DNA of 63,701 nt, filler included, from Octopus bimaculoides (taxonomy: Eukaryota): assembly GCF_001194135.2 (NCBI RefSeq). It is 11 parts of 11 records of this genome, joined end to end, with 100 filler letters (N's around TTAATTAATTAA, not from the genome) between each part and the next. Parts side by side here need not be neighbours in the genome. Positions count along the whole stretch, not along the records: positions 10,362 to 20,305 come from NC_068982.1; positions 20,406 to 22,613 come from NC_068985.1; positions 22,714 to 42,656 come from NC_069002.1; 8 more parts are not named here. One strand, given 5' to 3'. Positions 11,068 to 22,852 of this stretch are shown here, one piece after another; the stretch's first letter is position 1, and each line of letters starts with the position of its first letter. A model generated the notes under the pieces. It ran no database searches. It was not told the DNA's origin and saw only the letters and a program-made list of their open reading frames with translations. The translations under genes were made by a program, and so were the position numbers.

Positions 11068-12378
11068 AGTGGGGTAGTAGTGACCATGAGTTTGCAATTT
11101 TTGAGGGTGAGCAAGGGATTGAGTGACTAGTTATGACTTCAAGTTTGTAGATAATGTGGCTGAATAATTTGAGTGAGTGATTAAATAGTTGTGGTTCTGA
11201 AGTTGAAGACTTTGAGGGTGAGTGAAATAGTGAGTGAGTGAGTGAGTGAGTGAGTAAGGGGTTAAGTGAGTGGTTGAGAATGTGAAAACTGTTAAGATAT
11301 TTGAGTGAATGGCTGTTGATCTGAATTGGGGGAAAAAAATACTTTCAAGAGTTGTTAAGAAATTGAAAGTTGTTGTGAACCTGAGTCGGCAAAATTTGAG
11401 GGTAATTAAGTGATTGAGTGATTGAATGATTGATTGCGACTTCAATTTAACGGACTATGAGGCTGGACATATGAGTGAGAGTATACGAGGTTCACAGTTG
11501 ACAAAATTTGAAGTTAAGTATTTGAATGAATGGATCCGACGAGGAATGAATTAGTAACCTTTTGTCATTGAAAGGTTTAGATTCAGGGAAACTCCTGCGT
11601 TTCAATCGATAAATTTAACATTCGGATTGCAAGTCAAACAAAATTCTTGTGGAAAAGAAAGAGCAAATGTTTCGAATGAGTTATGTATGTTATAAAAATA
11701 AAAATAAAAGAAAACAGCAACCCAGTAACATTGTATTTTTGTGCGTACGTGGTGCGATAAAGGAAAGAATTGGATTGAGTGCAAAATGGTTTTGCTGTTA
11801 TCTTTAGATGCTGAATGTTCCATGGTGTTTTATTTCGGTTTATGTCGAATGCGACATGTGATAAATGCTTTAGTATTAACACGTCCTTTGAGGTTTATAT
11901 GTGATGATAGTCGAACACTAGAAAGTGTTCCGACCAATTTGCAGGATTGTACTAGCATATAATGGAAATGGTTCGGTTGACGATAAAAACCATTCTATCG
12001 TGCCATTTGTAAAGGGAGTAAACAGCTGTGGTCGTTCCTTTAATCCAAGGAAATCCTTGTGTTCACAGCGGCTTTCTTCTCGGGCGACCAGTTTTGTTGT
12101 GTGTTGTCACTATTGTTGTTGTTGTTTTTGTTGTGGTGGTGGTGGTGGTGGTGGTGGTGGTGGTGGTGGTTCGTGTGTGTTTTGGGGAGAAATTTATACA
12201 GATGTATGTTCGTCCCTGCTAGGATCACCTTTGTCTTTCATCCCTCCAGGAGCAATCAAATACGTAGCACTAAAATAACAGAGTTTGATACAATTCAGTG
12301 AATCACTACTCTGCGAAAAATTCATCTTGTATCTAATCAAAAGAAGCTTTATGCATTTATATTATTTATTGCACAACG

Positions 12379-12590
12379 GTAGCGAGATGGTAGTATCGTT
12401 ACCGCGCCAGTCAAAATGCTTAGTAGCCTCTCTTCTGACTCTTTACGCTCTGAGTTCAAATGCTCCCGGTTTCGACTTTGCCTTTAATCTTTTCAAGGTC
12501 GATAAAACAAGTATCAGCTCAGCACTGGGGTTGATGTAAACGACTTTACCGTACCCTCAAAATTGCTAGTTTTGTACCAAAATGGGAAAT
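12379..12590 (+). mobile_element. SINE family B, diverged
   Basis: GAGTTCAAAT...CGACTTTGCCTTTAATCTTTTCAAGGTCGATAAAACAAGTA...GCACTGGGGTTGATGTAAACGAC. Confidence 0.8.
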
Positions 12591-12658
12591 AGTTATTTCC
12601 CAAAGGACAGACGGGTAACAGAAACTGGAAAAAAGATTGAATAAAATTATTTAGTACA

Positions 12659-13167
12659 CTTACTCTTTTACTTGTTTCAGTCATTTGACTGCGGCCATGC
12701 TGGAGTACCGCCTTTAGTCGTGAAAATCGACCCCAGGACTTATTCTTTGTAAGCCTAGTACTTATTCTATCGGTCTCTTTTTGTCGAACCGCTAAGTTAC
12801 GGGGACGTAAACACACCAGCATCGGTTGTCAAGCGATGATGGGGGGACAAACACACANNNNNNNNNNNNNNNNNNNNNNNNNNNNNNNNNNNNNNNNNNN
12901 NNNNNNNNNNNNNNNNNNNNNNNNNNNNNNNNNNNNNNNNNNNNNNNNNNNNNNNNNNNNNNNNNNNNNNNNNNNNNNNNNNNNNNNNNNNNNNNNNTAT
13001 ACGACGGGCTTCTTTCAGTTTCCGTCAACCAAATCCACTCACAAGGCTTTGGTCGGCCCGAGGCTATAGTAGAAAACACTTACCCAAGGTGCCACGCAGT
13101 GGGCCTGAACCCGGAACTATGTAGCTGGTAAGCAAGCTACTTACCACACAGCCACTCCTACGCCTAT
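12659..13167 (-). mobile_element. SINE family A, full length (gap in internal microsatellite)
   Basis: Head, core and tail present; 13-bp tandem duplication ACTCCTACGCCTA at the 5' end. Confidence 0.9.
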
Positions 13168-13969
13168 ACTCCTACGCCTACACTTCTTTACTTTCGGAAT
13201 TCAAGTCCCACTGATTTTGACTTTAATTTTTTATCTTTCCGGCAGTCGATTAAATAAGTATTGGGAAGACGGGAATGTAATCGATTTATTCATCCATTCA
13301 AAATTTGTAATATTGTAGCTGTTTTTAAAACCCATAATTGCGCTACCAACGCAATAGAAAAGCCGTGATTTGGTGGTTTCAATTCTCGGTTGAAATCATT
13401 CTACATCATTTACAATGCCTATAATTTGACAAACAGCTTAGGCTTCCTAAACTCCCATTTTTCCTATGATCGAATGATATATAAATTTAAGTCTGTATTA
13501 GAAAAAAAAAGAAGAAAAAGAAATGAGAATAATCACACACACACACACACACAAAGTAAGGTCCTGTGATTGACGTACAGTGCAAGAGCGCACTTTTGAT
13601 ACATGTCTGACGAAGCACCACTCTAATGTTTGAACCCGCAAATATTACGTAACTTTTCACACGGAATTTTTGCGTGAATTGGCCTTATAAACAGATTTGA
13701 TACAGAAATAATTGTATCTGTGATAAACTCTGTTTTTGTTTTTGTCGTGAACTCGCCTTGAGAAACATTAGTCAACAAACATCATCTCCTAATCTTAAGA
13801 TAGCAAGACACTTCCAAAATATCACGTAAGTGGTGGATCTAGTTTCTTTCAAAAGCATCACAGTATGGTCGCCAAGTAACTTAGAGTTACTATAAACGTC
13901 AAACTATATTCCATTTACTTCGGAAAAATGCAGAGATTAGAATTTTACGTTGTATATTTACTAAACCCA

Positions 13970-14172
13970 AGGTGGCGAACTGGCAGAATCGTTCGCACGC
14001 TTAGCGTCATTTCGTCCGTCTTTACGTTCTGGGTTCAAATTCCACCGGAATTGATTTTTGCCTTTCATCCTTTCGAGGTCGATAAAATAAGTATCAGCTG
14101 AGCACTGGGATCAATTTAATCGACTTAGCTCCTCCCCTGAAGTTGCTGGCTCTGTGCCAAAATTTGAATCCT
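13970..14172 (+). mobile_element. SINE family B
   Basis: GGTGGCGAACTGGCAGAATCG head, GGTTCAAATTCC B box, GCCTTTCATCCTTTCGAGGTCGATAAAATAAGTA body. Confidence 0.9.
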
Positions 14173-14335
14173 ATATTTGCTAGACTGCACGCAATCTCTT
14201 AGAATCTGCTTTATCATCTGTTTGGATTAAGACTCGATGGCAAGATTCACAGCTTGTTAAATAGATTATTTAATGGAATAAAGATAAAATACTACAATAA
14301 ATTAACTGGGATAGCTTTGGCTAGTTGTAGGTATA

Positions 14336-14525
14336 AGGTGTGGAATTAGCAGAACCGTTAATACGTCTAGCATAATGCTTAGCGACGTTTCTTCAAGCTC
14401 TTTACATTCTGAGTTTCAATCCCAGAGGTCAACTTTGCCTTTCTCCATTCGGGATTCGATAAGATAAAGTACCCGTCAAGTACAGAGGTCGATGTAATCG
14501 ACTTGTTCCTTCTCTTCAAAGTTTA
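14336..14525 (+). mobile_element. SINE family B, diverged
   Basis: Same motif order as 13970-14172. Confidence 0.75.
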
Positions 14526-14629
14526 AAGAAATTACAATCTCGGTCATTTATCGATCATGGAAACCGGGTAACCGGTCTTATAAGTCCTGGGGTTGACCAA
14601 AAATTAAAAACAAAATGTTGTAGACATCT

Positions 14630-14791
14630 ACAGGCGCAGCAGTGGCTATATGGTAAGAGGCTTGCTTCCCAACCACGTGGTTCTGGGTTCAGCCTCACTA
14701 CCTGGCAGCTTTGGCAAGTGTCTTCTACTATAACCTCGCGCCAACTAAAGCCTTGTGAGTGGATTTGGTAGACGGAAACTGATAGAAGCCC
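14630..14791 (+). mobile_element. SINE family A head and core
   Basis: CAGGCGCAGCAGTGGCTATATGGTAAG...GGTTCAGCC...AAAGCCTTGTGAGTGGATTTGGTAGACGGAAACTGA. Confidence 0.85.
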
Positions 14792-14819
14792 AGGACCACT
14801 GAACTCAACTCGTCTTTTT

Positions 14820-14999
14820 TTTTTCATTTTCTCTCTCTATTTTTTCTCTATTTATCTTTCATTCTTTTCTGTCGAAGAGCGTAGGCTTGAAATGTAAAAG
14901 ACTTTTCCATTTTTCCCCAGCGTCAAACTAATACACTTGCTTGTTGTTCCAACACTTATCTTCGTCTTTGTTTTCCTATAAACTTGAACTTTGTGTGTG
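14820..14999 (+). mobile_element. Penelope-like terminal fragment with hammerhead-like motif (14863-14902)
   Basis: TTTT-CTGTCGA-A-GAGC-GTAG-GCTT-GAAA-TGTA-AAAG: stem I, variant core, stem II, GAAA, GUA. Confidence 0.6.
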
Positions 15000-15910
15000 N
15001 NNNNNNNNNNNNNNNNNNNNNNNNNNNNNNNNNNNNNNNNNNNNNNNNNNNNNNNNNNNNNNNNNNNNNNNNNNNNNNNNNNNNNNNNNNNNNNNNNNNN
15101 NNNNNNNNNNNNNNNNNNNNNNNNNNNNNNNNNNNNNNNNNNNNNNNNNNNNNNNNNNNNNNNNNNNNNNNNNNNNNNNNNNNNNNNNNNNNNNNNNNNN
15201 NNNNNNNNNNNNNNNNNNNNNNNNNNNNNNNNNNNNNNNNNNNNNNNNNNNNNNNNNNNNNNNNNNNNNNNNNNNNNNNNNNNNNNNNNNNNNNNNNNNN
15301 NNNNNNNNNNNNNNNNNNNNNNNNNNNNNNNNNNNNNNNNNNNNNNNNNNNNNNNNNNNNNNNNNNNNNNNNNNNNNNNNNNNNNNNNNNNNNNNNNNNN
15401 NNNNNNNNNNNNNNNNNNNNNNNNNNNNNNNNNNNNNNNNNNNNNNNNNNNNNNNNNNNNNNNNNNNNNNNNNNNNNNNNNNNNNNNNNNNNNNNNNNNN
15501 NNNNNNNNNNNNNNNNNNNNNNNTATATATATATATATATATATATATATCTACGCATGTCTGTGTGTGTGAGTGTGCTATGTATGTATGTATGTATGTA
15601 TGTATCCGTACACAGATGTTTGTGCGTATAGACTGGTACGTATGGTAGACCTAAAATGCGTGCTCGATTAGTATATATATTTTTAATCCTGTTTGTTACA
15701 TAAAACACTCGTGCGTACATGTGAATGTGTGTGTGTGTATGTATGTGTAAGCTTGTGTTTGTGTGTGTGTATGTGTAAGCTTGTGTGTGTGCTTGTGTAA
15801 GTTTGTGTATGTGTGCATTTGTTTGTATGTGTGTGTGTGTTTGTGTATGTTTGTGTATGTGTGCATGTGTGTGTAGGTGCTTGCGTGTGTGTGCGTGTAC
15901 GCGCGCGCAT

Positions 15911-17330
15911 GTTTTATGTTTTACTTGTTTCAGTCCGTAAGCGGTGGTCATGCTGGGGTACCACAGCATTGGTGTTCCTTTCCTACACTTCTTGTGATCT
16001 TCCGCCTTTAGTTAGATCTTCGTAAATGAAGGAGTTCTAAGTTGCTGCCTTCGGTTGTGTTTCTTGTTGCTAAGTAGACTTATTTGGAATTCTAGCCAAC
16101 AGAAGGCTCAACTACATTTTAGAGATATCTACATCTGCACCATCCTTGTGTCTTAAGGATATTGAAAATTTTCGGGCCTTTGAACCTTAAGCTATTACAG
16201 TATCTGATCCAAAATCTAGATGACAAAGGTGAGATCTTTGACACTACGCAGTGGCTACCTGTTCGGAGATAAGTATAGCTTTCTATGCCAAAGTTTGATG
16301 CAAATCCTTCCAGGTTTTTCGGAGATATTACTGCATATTTTTCCTGTCTTCGGTCTAAGGAGTAGAATCTTAATTTTTTTAGCCTTTCCGAATAGTCGAA
16401 ACCTTGCAACGAGGCAATCTTCTTCGTGTAGCAGCGTTGGAGTTCTTCAAGTTTCGCTGTTAGTTTTATACTATGTGATGATCATAATTTGGAGTAATAA
16501 TCTAGACGGCCGAGGAAAATTGTCCTTCAGAAGACCACCGTGGTTTCCTACCCTCTTGTTCTGAAAGTTCTTAGAATCCATCCGGTCAACTGACTAATTT
16601 CAATACAATCTTAGTAATGAGCACATGAAAAGAATCATCATTACTCATGTCAGTGCCTAGGTCACACACAGATTGAGTCTCTGGTAGTACTGCAACTCTT
16701 CCGAGTCCAGTGTTTTTCGTCTGCATTTCCTTTAACTTTGTGCAGTTTATATTTAGCATTTAAATCATATTGCAGTGCGTATCATCTCTAGGATTCTTGT
16801 GGGACTCCACTCTCCATATACTAATATTGTTCCCTGGGAGACAGTTCCATTGGGTTCTACTGCTTGACTTCAGTCTTTTAAAACAACATGCAGCCATTCC
16901 ATCAGTTTTCAGACTATGCCGAGATCATGCAATTTGCGACATTTCATTTCATGATCGGTTTTTATGAAAGACTTTCGCAAAGTCGTGATTGATCACATCC
17001 ATATTTGAGTAACTGAGCACCTGTTTAACACCCAGTCGTAGTGTTGTAGGAGCTGTGTGTCAGGCAACTTCTTTCCGATCGAAAACTACGTTGGGTATCA
17101 GTTAGGAAGTAATTATCTTCAAAGAACGTGACTAGATACCTTCTGATAATTCATTCCATGACTTTTCTAATAGGTGAGGTCAGAGAGATAGGCCCATAAT
17201 TTTTAGCATCTGCTCTACTTTTGCCTCTAAAAATGGAGCATATTACGTCTTCCTTTAACTTGTCCGAAGGTTTGTCACTTGCAATGACGTTCTGGAAAAA
17301 AAACACTGCTGTGGTTTTGCTTGGGTTTGT
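15911..17330 (-). mobile_element. 5'-truncated, decayed CR1/L2-group LINE (RT domain, C-terminus and 3'UTR)
   Basis: Minus-strand fragments NYGPISLTS..KVME, QRSFRSERSCLT, MDVINHDFAKVF, DLGTDMS, QLTGWILRTFRTR, LEELQRCYTKKI..YSERLKKLRFYSLDRRQEKY..GPKIFN, all typical of CR1-type ORF2; many stops and frameshifts. Confidence 0.9.
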
Positions 17331-17532
17331 TTACAGGTCTTTGAACGGATTGCTGAGAATCGACCAGGCGCAGTCGTGGCTGTGTCGTAAGGAGCGTGCT
17401 TCCCAACTACATGGTTCCGGGTTCAGTCCTATTGAGTGGCACCTTGGGCAAATGTCTTTCACTATGGCCTTGGACCGACCAAAGCGTTGTGAGTGAATTT
17501 GCAGACGGAAACTGAAAGAAGCCTGTTGTATA

Positions 17533-17793
17533 TCACGTTTTATTATTTGCAATCTTTACAATTTTACAGTTTTACAGTTTTACAATATTGAAATAAACTA
17601 GTACTTACCTGATGAACGCATTCATCAGGTTTATGTAGGAGCAGTCGTGTTCCACAACTGACTGTCAACTGTGGAACACGACTGCCCCGACATAAACCTG
17701 ATGAATGAGTAACCCATTAAAGCACTAGTTTATTTCAATATTGTAAAACTGTAAAATTATAAAATTGTAAAAATTGCAAATAATAAAACGTGA
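17533..17793. mobile_element. 261-bp palindromic (foldback) element centred at 17663
   Basis: Arms TCACGTTTTATTATTTGCAA.../...TTGCAAATAATAAAACGTGA; central perfect 16-bp stem 17641-17656/17670-17685. Confidence 0.9.
17692..17733 (+). ncRNA. Degenerate type I minimal hammerhead ribozyme (Penelope-type)
   Basis: Stem I ATAAAC/GTTTAT, core CTGATGA, stem II ATGAG-TAA-CCCAT, TAAA in place of GAAA, stem III, CUA cleavage triplet; the mirror arm gives palindromic AGTACT for stem III. Confidence 0.65.
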
Positions 17794-17858
17794 AAATCAG
17801 ACTAAGTTGGAATTTCATTCATTAGTATATTGTTTTATACACAATCATACAAACTCGG

Positions 17859-17912
<54 letters not shown>

Positions 17913-18578
17913 ATCTGTGTGCGTTTTTGTTTGCCCCATCATCGCTTGTCAACCGAATCTGGTGTGTTTACGTCCCTGTAATCTAGCAGTTCGGCAAAGG
18001 AGACCGATAGAATAAGTACTAGGCTTACAAAGAATAAGTCCTGGGGGTCGATTTCTTCGACTAAAATCCCTTTAAGGGGGTGATCCAGCATAGCCGCAGT
18101 CAAATGACTGAAACAAGTAAACGAATAAAATCCACCGGGATCAGTAGCCTGAGGATGGTGGATTCCACAAGAGAGACGAGACAAGAAAAGAGTATGATGG
18201 GACGGCAATACATGAGCGCATTCAGCTCCAATGGGACGGCAGTACATGAGCAGAATCATCTCCAACGAGGAGAAGCCATTATAGTAGCGGTAGAAGAGAC
18301 AAAGAGAAGAGACAGCGCGCGCATGTATCAGAGGCTGAAGAGTGTCTGCGAGTAACTTTATGCTAACATGCTAACTAGCGGGGCCCGTGAATATTTCACG
18401 GAATTAATGGTAAACGTATTGGGCTATTACTGAAAACTTTATCCAAAATACCTGAAAGCGTAGCCTGTTTTGTATCTGTATCAAAAAATAGTTCCTCGTA
18501 TGTTAATCATTGAAAAGTGAAGGAAATTGGAATACGATGATTTCTTAATGCACTTTATATATACACCTTATATACTTT

Positions 18579-18954
18579 TTGTTGTTGTTGGCACTCCATC
18601 GCTTACGACGTCGAGGGTTCCAGTTGATCCGATCAACGGAACAACCTGCTCGTGAAATTAACGTGCAAATGTCTGCGCACTCCACAGACACGAAACCTCA
18701 ACGTAGTTCTCAGGGATATTCAGCGTGACACAGTGTGACAAGGCTGACCCTTTGAATTACAGGCACAACAGAAACAGGAAGTAAGAGTGAGAGGAAGTTG
18801 TGGTGAGAGATTCTCTACCATCCACTGCCGGAGCCTCGTGGAGATTTAGATGTTTTCGCTCAATAAACACTCACAACGCCCGATCTAGGAATCGAAACCG
18901 CGATCCTATGACCGCGAGTCCGCTGCCCTAACCACTGGACCATTGCGCCTCCAC
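18579..18954 (-). mobile_element. SINE family C, near full length with TSD
   Basis: Head GTGGAGGCGCAATGGTCCAGTGGTTAGG...CGATTCC; tail GAGTGCCAACAACAAC; 11-bp TSD TTATATACTTT at 18568-18578 and 18955-18965. Confidence 0.92.
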
Positions 18955-19344
18955 TTATATACTTTATGCACAGTTTTATTGATTTAATACAAAGCACACT
19001 CTCTCTTTCTCTCTCACTCTTCGCGTTTCCTTTCAACCTATCACGTGAAACTGTTACAGATGGGCTAAGTAACGGAAGAAAAAAACCTTAGTTTAAAAAA
19101 TTAGACATTTCACTCATCATCAACTCTCCCTCCCCATCTCTCCTCTCCTCCCACACCTTCCTATCTCCCCTCCACTTCACTCGCATCCCTCCCCATCACT
19201 ATCTCCCTTCAACCAATCCTGTGGAAGCGTTACGGACGGGCTAAGTAGCGGAGTGGCAAGCAGAATTATCATAAGATCAGTTGAGTGGCTCTTTTCCAGA
19301 TGCGATCCAGGATGTGTGTTTATTTTTTTATCGTTTATCTTTTT

Positions 19345-19577
19345 ATCGTTTATCATTACACTGCGGCCATGCTGGGGCACCGCCGCCATGAAGACCTTTT
19401 AGTTGAATGAATCGACCCCAGTACTTATTATTTTCTAAGCCTGTTACTTATTCTATCGTGTCTATTGTCGAACCACTAAGTTATGGGAAGGTAAAAACAC
19501 TAACACTTGTTGTCAAGTGCTAGTGGGAGAAAAACACAGACACACACACGCATGCACGCACACACACTCACACATAC

Positions 19578-19620
<43 letters not shown>

Positions 19621-19790
19621 CACAACGGGCTTCTTTCAGTTTCCGTCTACAAAATCCATTCACAAGTCTGTGGTTGGCCCGAGGCTATAGTAGAGAGCAC
19701 TTGCCGAAGGTGCCACACAGTGGGACTGAACCCGGAACCATGTGGCTGGGAAGCAAGCTTCTTACCATACAGCCACACCTGACCCTATGT
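19345..19790 (-). mobile_element. SINE family A, full length, diverged
   Basis: Tail, internal CA/TG microsatellite, core, head. Confidence 0.85.
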
Positions 19791-20060
19791 GTATACAAGA
19801 GCGACAGATCTGAAAGAAATACTCCAATTTAGTTGTTTTAGATGTTTATTCCGTCTGTACTATTGTCGTCTTATCTCCTGGTCAATGGTGATCAGTCACA
19901 CTCTGATCAGCCAAGGGTTATCTAGGACTACATCATCCAATATACTGTTCCATTATTCAAGATTGTAGGGTATGGTTTACGGGAGATTTTGGCTTCTTAT
20001 TAACAGATCGAGCGGCCATACAAAAGCTTTCGCGATATTTAAGTTTGTGAAAGGAAATTT

Positions 20061-20305
20061 ACTTTACTCTTCTACTCTTTTACTTGTTTCAGTCATTTGA
20101 CTGTGGCCATGCTGGAGCACCGCCTTTAGTCGAGCAAATCGCCCCCAGGACCTATTCTCTGTAAGCCTAGTATTTATTCTATCGGTCTCTTTTGCCGAAC
20201 TGCCAAGTTACGCGGACGCAAACATACCAGCATCGGTTGTCAAGCGATGTTGGTGGGGGGACAAACACAGACACACAAACACACACACACACACACACAC
20301 ACACA
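20061..20305 (-). mobile_element. SINE family A 3' half (ends at linker)
   Basis: Canonical tail sequence. Confidence 0.9.
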
Positions 20306-20405
20306 NNNNNNNNNNNNNNNNNNNNNNNNNNNNNNNNNNNNNNNNNNNNTTAATTAATTAANNNNNNNNNNNNNNNNNNNNNNNNNNNNNNNNNNNNNNN
20401 NNNNN
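20306..20405. other. Artificial scaffolding linker
   Basis: N44-TTAATTAATTAA-N44. Confidence 0.95.
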
Positions 20406-20780
20406 TATATATATATATATATATTATGCGTGTGTGTGTGTGCGTGTGTGTGTATGTGTGTGTGTTTATCTGTGTTTGTCTATGAATGCATAGAAAAGTG
20501 GTAGTTAAATTAACATATACTGGGATACAGTCCTAACAAGCAGAATCCTGGTTATGTAGATACACGACACATATTGATGTAAAAACAGTGAACCGATTAA
20601 ATTGTTGCGAAGCAAAACGATTTCTTTCGCTATTGACGTATATGCTTATTTATGTAAATGTTGTTGTGTGCATATATGTGTATTCACACACACGCGCGCA
20701 CACCGCACACATGCGCGCACCGCACACGCGCGCGTGCACGCCTATAGCTTATGTATAGGTGTATGTATGCAGATATATCT

Positions 20781-21397
20781 ATTCTTTTATTCTTTTACTT
20801 GTTTCAGTCATTTGACTGCGGCCATGCTGGAGCACCACCTTTAGTCGAACGAATCAACCGCAGGACTTATTCTTTGCAAGCCTAGTACTTATCCTATCGG
20901 TCTCTTTTGCCAAACTGCTAGGTTACGAGGACGTAAACACACCAACATTGGCTGTCAAGCGATGGTGGGGGACAAACACAGACACACACACACTCAAATA
21001 TATATATATATATATATATANNNNNNNNNNNNNNNNNNNNNNNNNNNNNNNNNNNNNNNNNNNNNNNNNNNNNNNNNNNNNNNNNNNNNNNNNNNNNNNN
21101 NNNNNNNNNNNNNNNNNNNNNNNNNNNNNNNNNNNNNNNNNNNNNNNNNNNNNNNNNNNNNNNNNNNNNNNNNNNNNNNNNNNNNNNNNNNNNNNNNNNN
21201 NNNNNNNNNNNNNNNNNNNNNNNNNNNNNNNNNNNNNNNNNNGGGCTTCATTCAGTTTCCGTCTACCAAATCCACTCACGCTTTGGTCGTTCCGAGGCTA
21301 TAGTAGAAGACACTTGCGCAAGGTGCCACGCAGTAGGATTGAACTCGGAACCATGTGGTTGGTAAGCAAGCTACTTACCACATAGCCACTCCTGCAC
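20781..21397 (-). mobile_element. SINE family A, full length (gap in internal microsatellite)
   Basis: Tail 20781-20990, head/core 21243-21397. Confidence 0.9.
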
Positions 21398-21466
<69 letters not shown>

Positions 21467-21526
21467 ACATATGTGTGTATGTTCGTGACAATGCGTTAAA
21501 AGTGGAAGCGAAAGTAGTATACATAC

Positions 21527-21569
<43 letters not shown>

Positions 21570-22127
21570 TTCCTATAGATTTATAAAATTTGTTTTCTAG
21601 TTTATATGTGCACCATTTACATAGGCCATTTGTGTATGTGTGTGTGTGTGCTCGCGCGCGCAAGGGCATGTATCTGTTAAAATTAATGACTATATAAGAT
21701 AATAAATCAAATGAAAAGCCAATCTCTATTCTATAAAATGAAGTCTCCACTCGATATAAGTCAGTGTTCGTTCTAATAGTTACAGTGCGTAAGATGGCAG
21801 AGGAAATGAGATGGGACTATTAAATGTATTTATGGTGATTTTCTTACTGTGAAGAAAGAATGAAATTACACTTCATTTTAGGTCAAGATGAGAAACTATA
21901 ATACTAACATTAGTAGTTTATGTTGAAATGTGCTCTCCGTCACTTTCGTCGATGACTATTCTTGTTGTATGATCAACAGATCTACCTGGTCATTGAATTA
22001 TGTTGTTAGATATTTGACTTTTTCGGAGACACTCAGAACATTTAACATAATACAAACCACACTCAGCATTATATTGTGTGTATAATGATTCTACTTTGAA
22101 ATTCAGTTACAGATTATGTAGATATAA

Positions 22128-22325
22128 AAGGTGGGTGTTGAAAAGTTCCTGGCTTTGTGCAAAAGAAAATACCGGAGGATCATTTAATTATGATTTTACT
22201 CAACATATTCTCCTCTCAGATTGACACACTTAATGCAGCGGTCCTTTAGTCTTTCTAAGCCTTGTAAAAGAATTCGAAGGGTTGGGCATGCAACCAGGCC
22301 TTTTGCGACACCCTTTCAGCACCTC
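22128..22325 (-). mobile_element. Mariner 3' end (second lineage)
   Basis: Minus strand QGLERLKDRCIKCVNLRGEYVE*, then TIR-like AGCCAGGAACTTTTCAACACCCACC. Confidence 0.7.
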
Positions 22326-22363
22326 CGCTTACATGCACATATGTGTATGTGTGTATATCACAT

Positions 22364-22613
22364 GTGGAGACGCAATAGCCCAGTGGTTAGGGCAGCGGAC
22401 TCGCGGTCAAAGGATCGCGGTTTCGATTCCCAGACTGGGCGTTGTGAGTGTTTATTGAGCGAAAACACCTAAAGCCCCACGAGGCTCCGGCAGGGGATGG
22501 TGGCCAACCCTGCTGTACTCTTTCACCACAACTTTCTCTCACTCTTATTTCCTGTTTCTGTTGTGCCTGAAATTCAAAGGGTTAGCCTTGTCACACTGTG
22601 TCACGCTGAATAT
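22364..22613 (+). mobile_element. SINE family C 5' part (cut by linker)
   Basis: Near-identical to the reverse complements of 18579-18954 and 54616-54989. Confidence 0.92.
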
Positions 22614-22713
22614 NNNNNNNNNNNNNNNNNNNNNNNNNNNNNNNNNNNNNNNNNNNNTTAATTAATTAANNNNNNNNNNNNNNNNNNNNNNNNNNNNNNN
22701 NNNNNNNNNNNNN
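22614..22713. other. Artificial scaffolding linker
   Basis: N44-TTAATTAATTAA-N44. Confidence 0.95.
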
Positions 22714-22753
<40 letters not shown>

Positions 22754-22852
22754 ACACACGCACGCTTACATATGCGTGTGTGTGAGAGAGAGATAGAGAG
22801 ATAGAGTGTATGTGTGCGTGTGTTTACAATGGCGTCTCCAAATGAAACTGTT

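Larger units (their letters stand above)
17365..18125 (+). mobile_element. SINE family A copy split by a palindromic insert
   Basis: Head/core 17365-17530, (TG)n and tail 17860-18125. Confidence 0.85.

Noticed and set aside
18890-18954. tRNA genes at SINE heads (also 22364, 54930, 51476, 13970)
   Set aside because: A/B boxes are followed by SINE bodies and tails; no complete cloverleaf with acceptor stem, so treated as SINE heads
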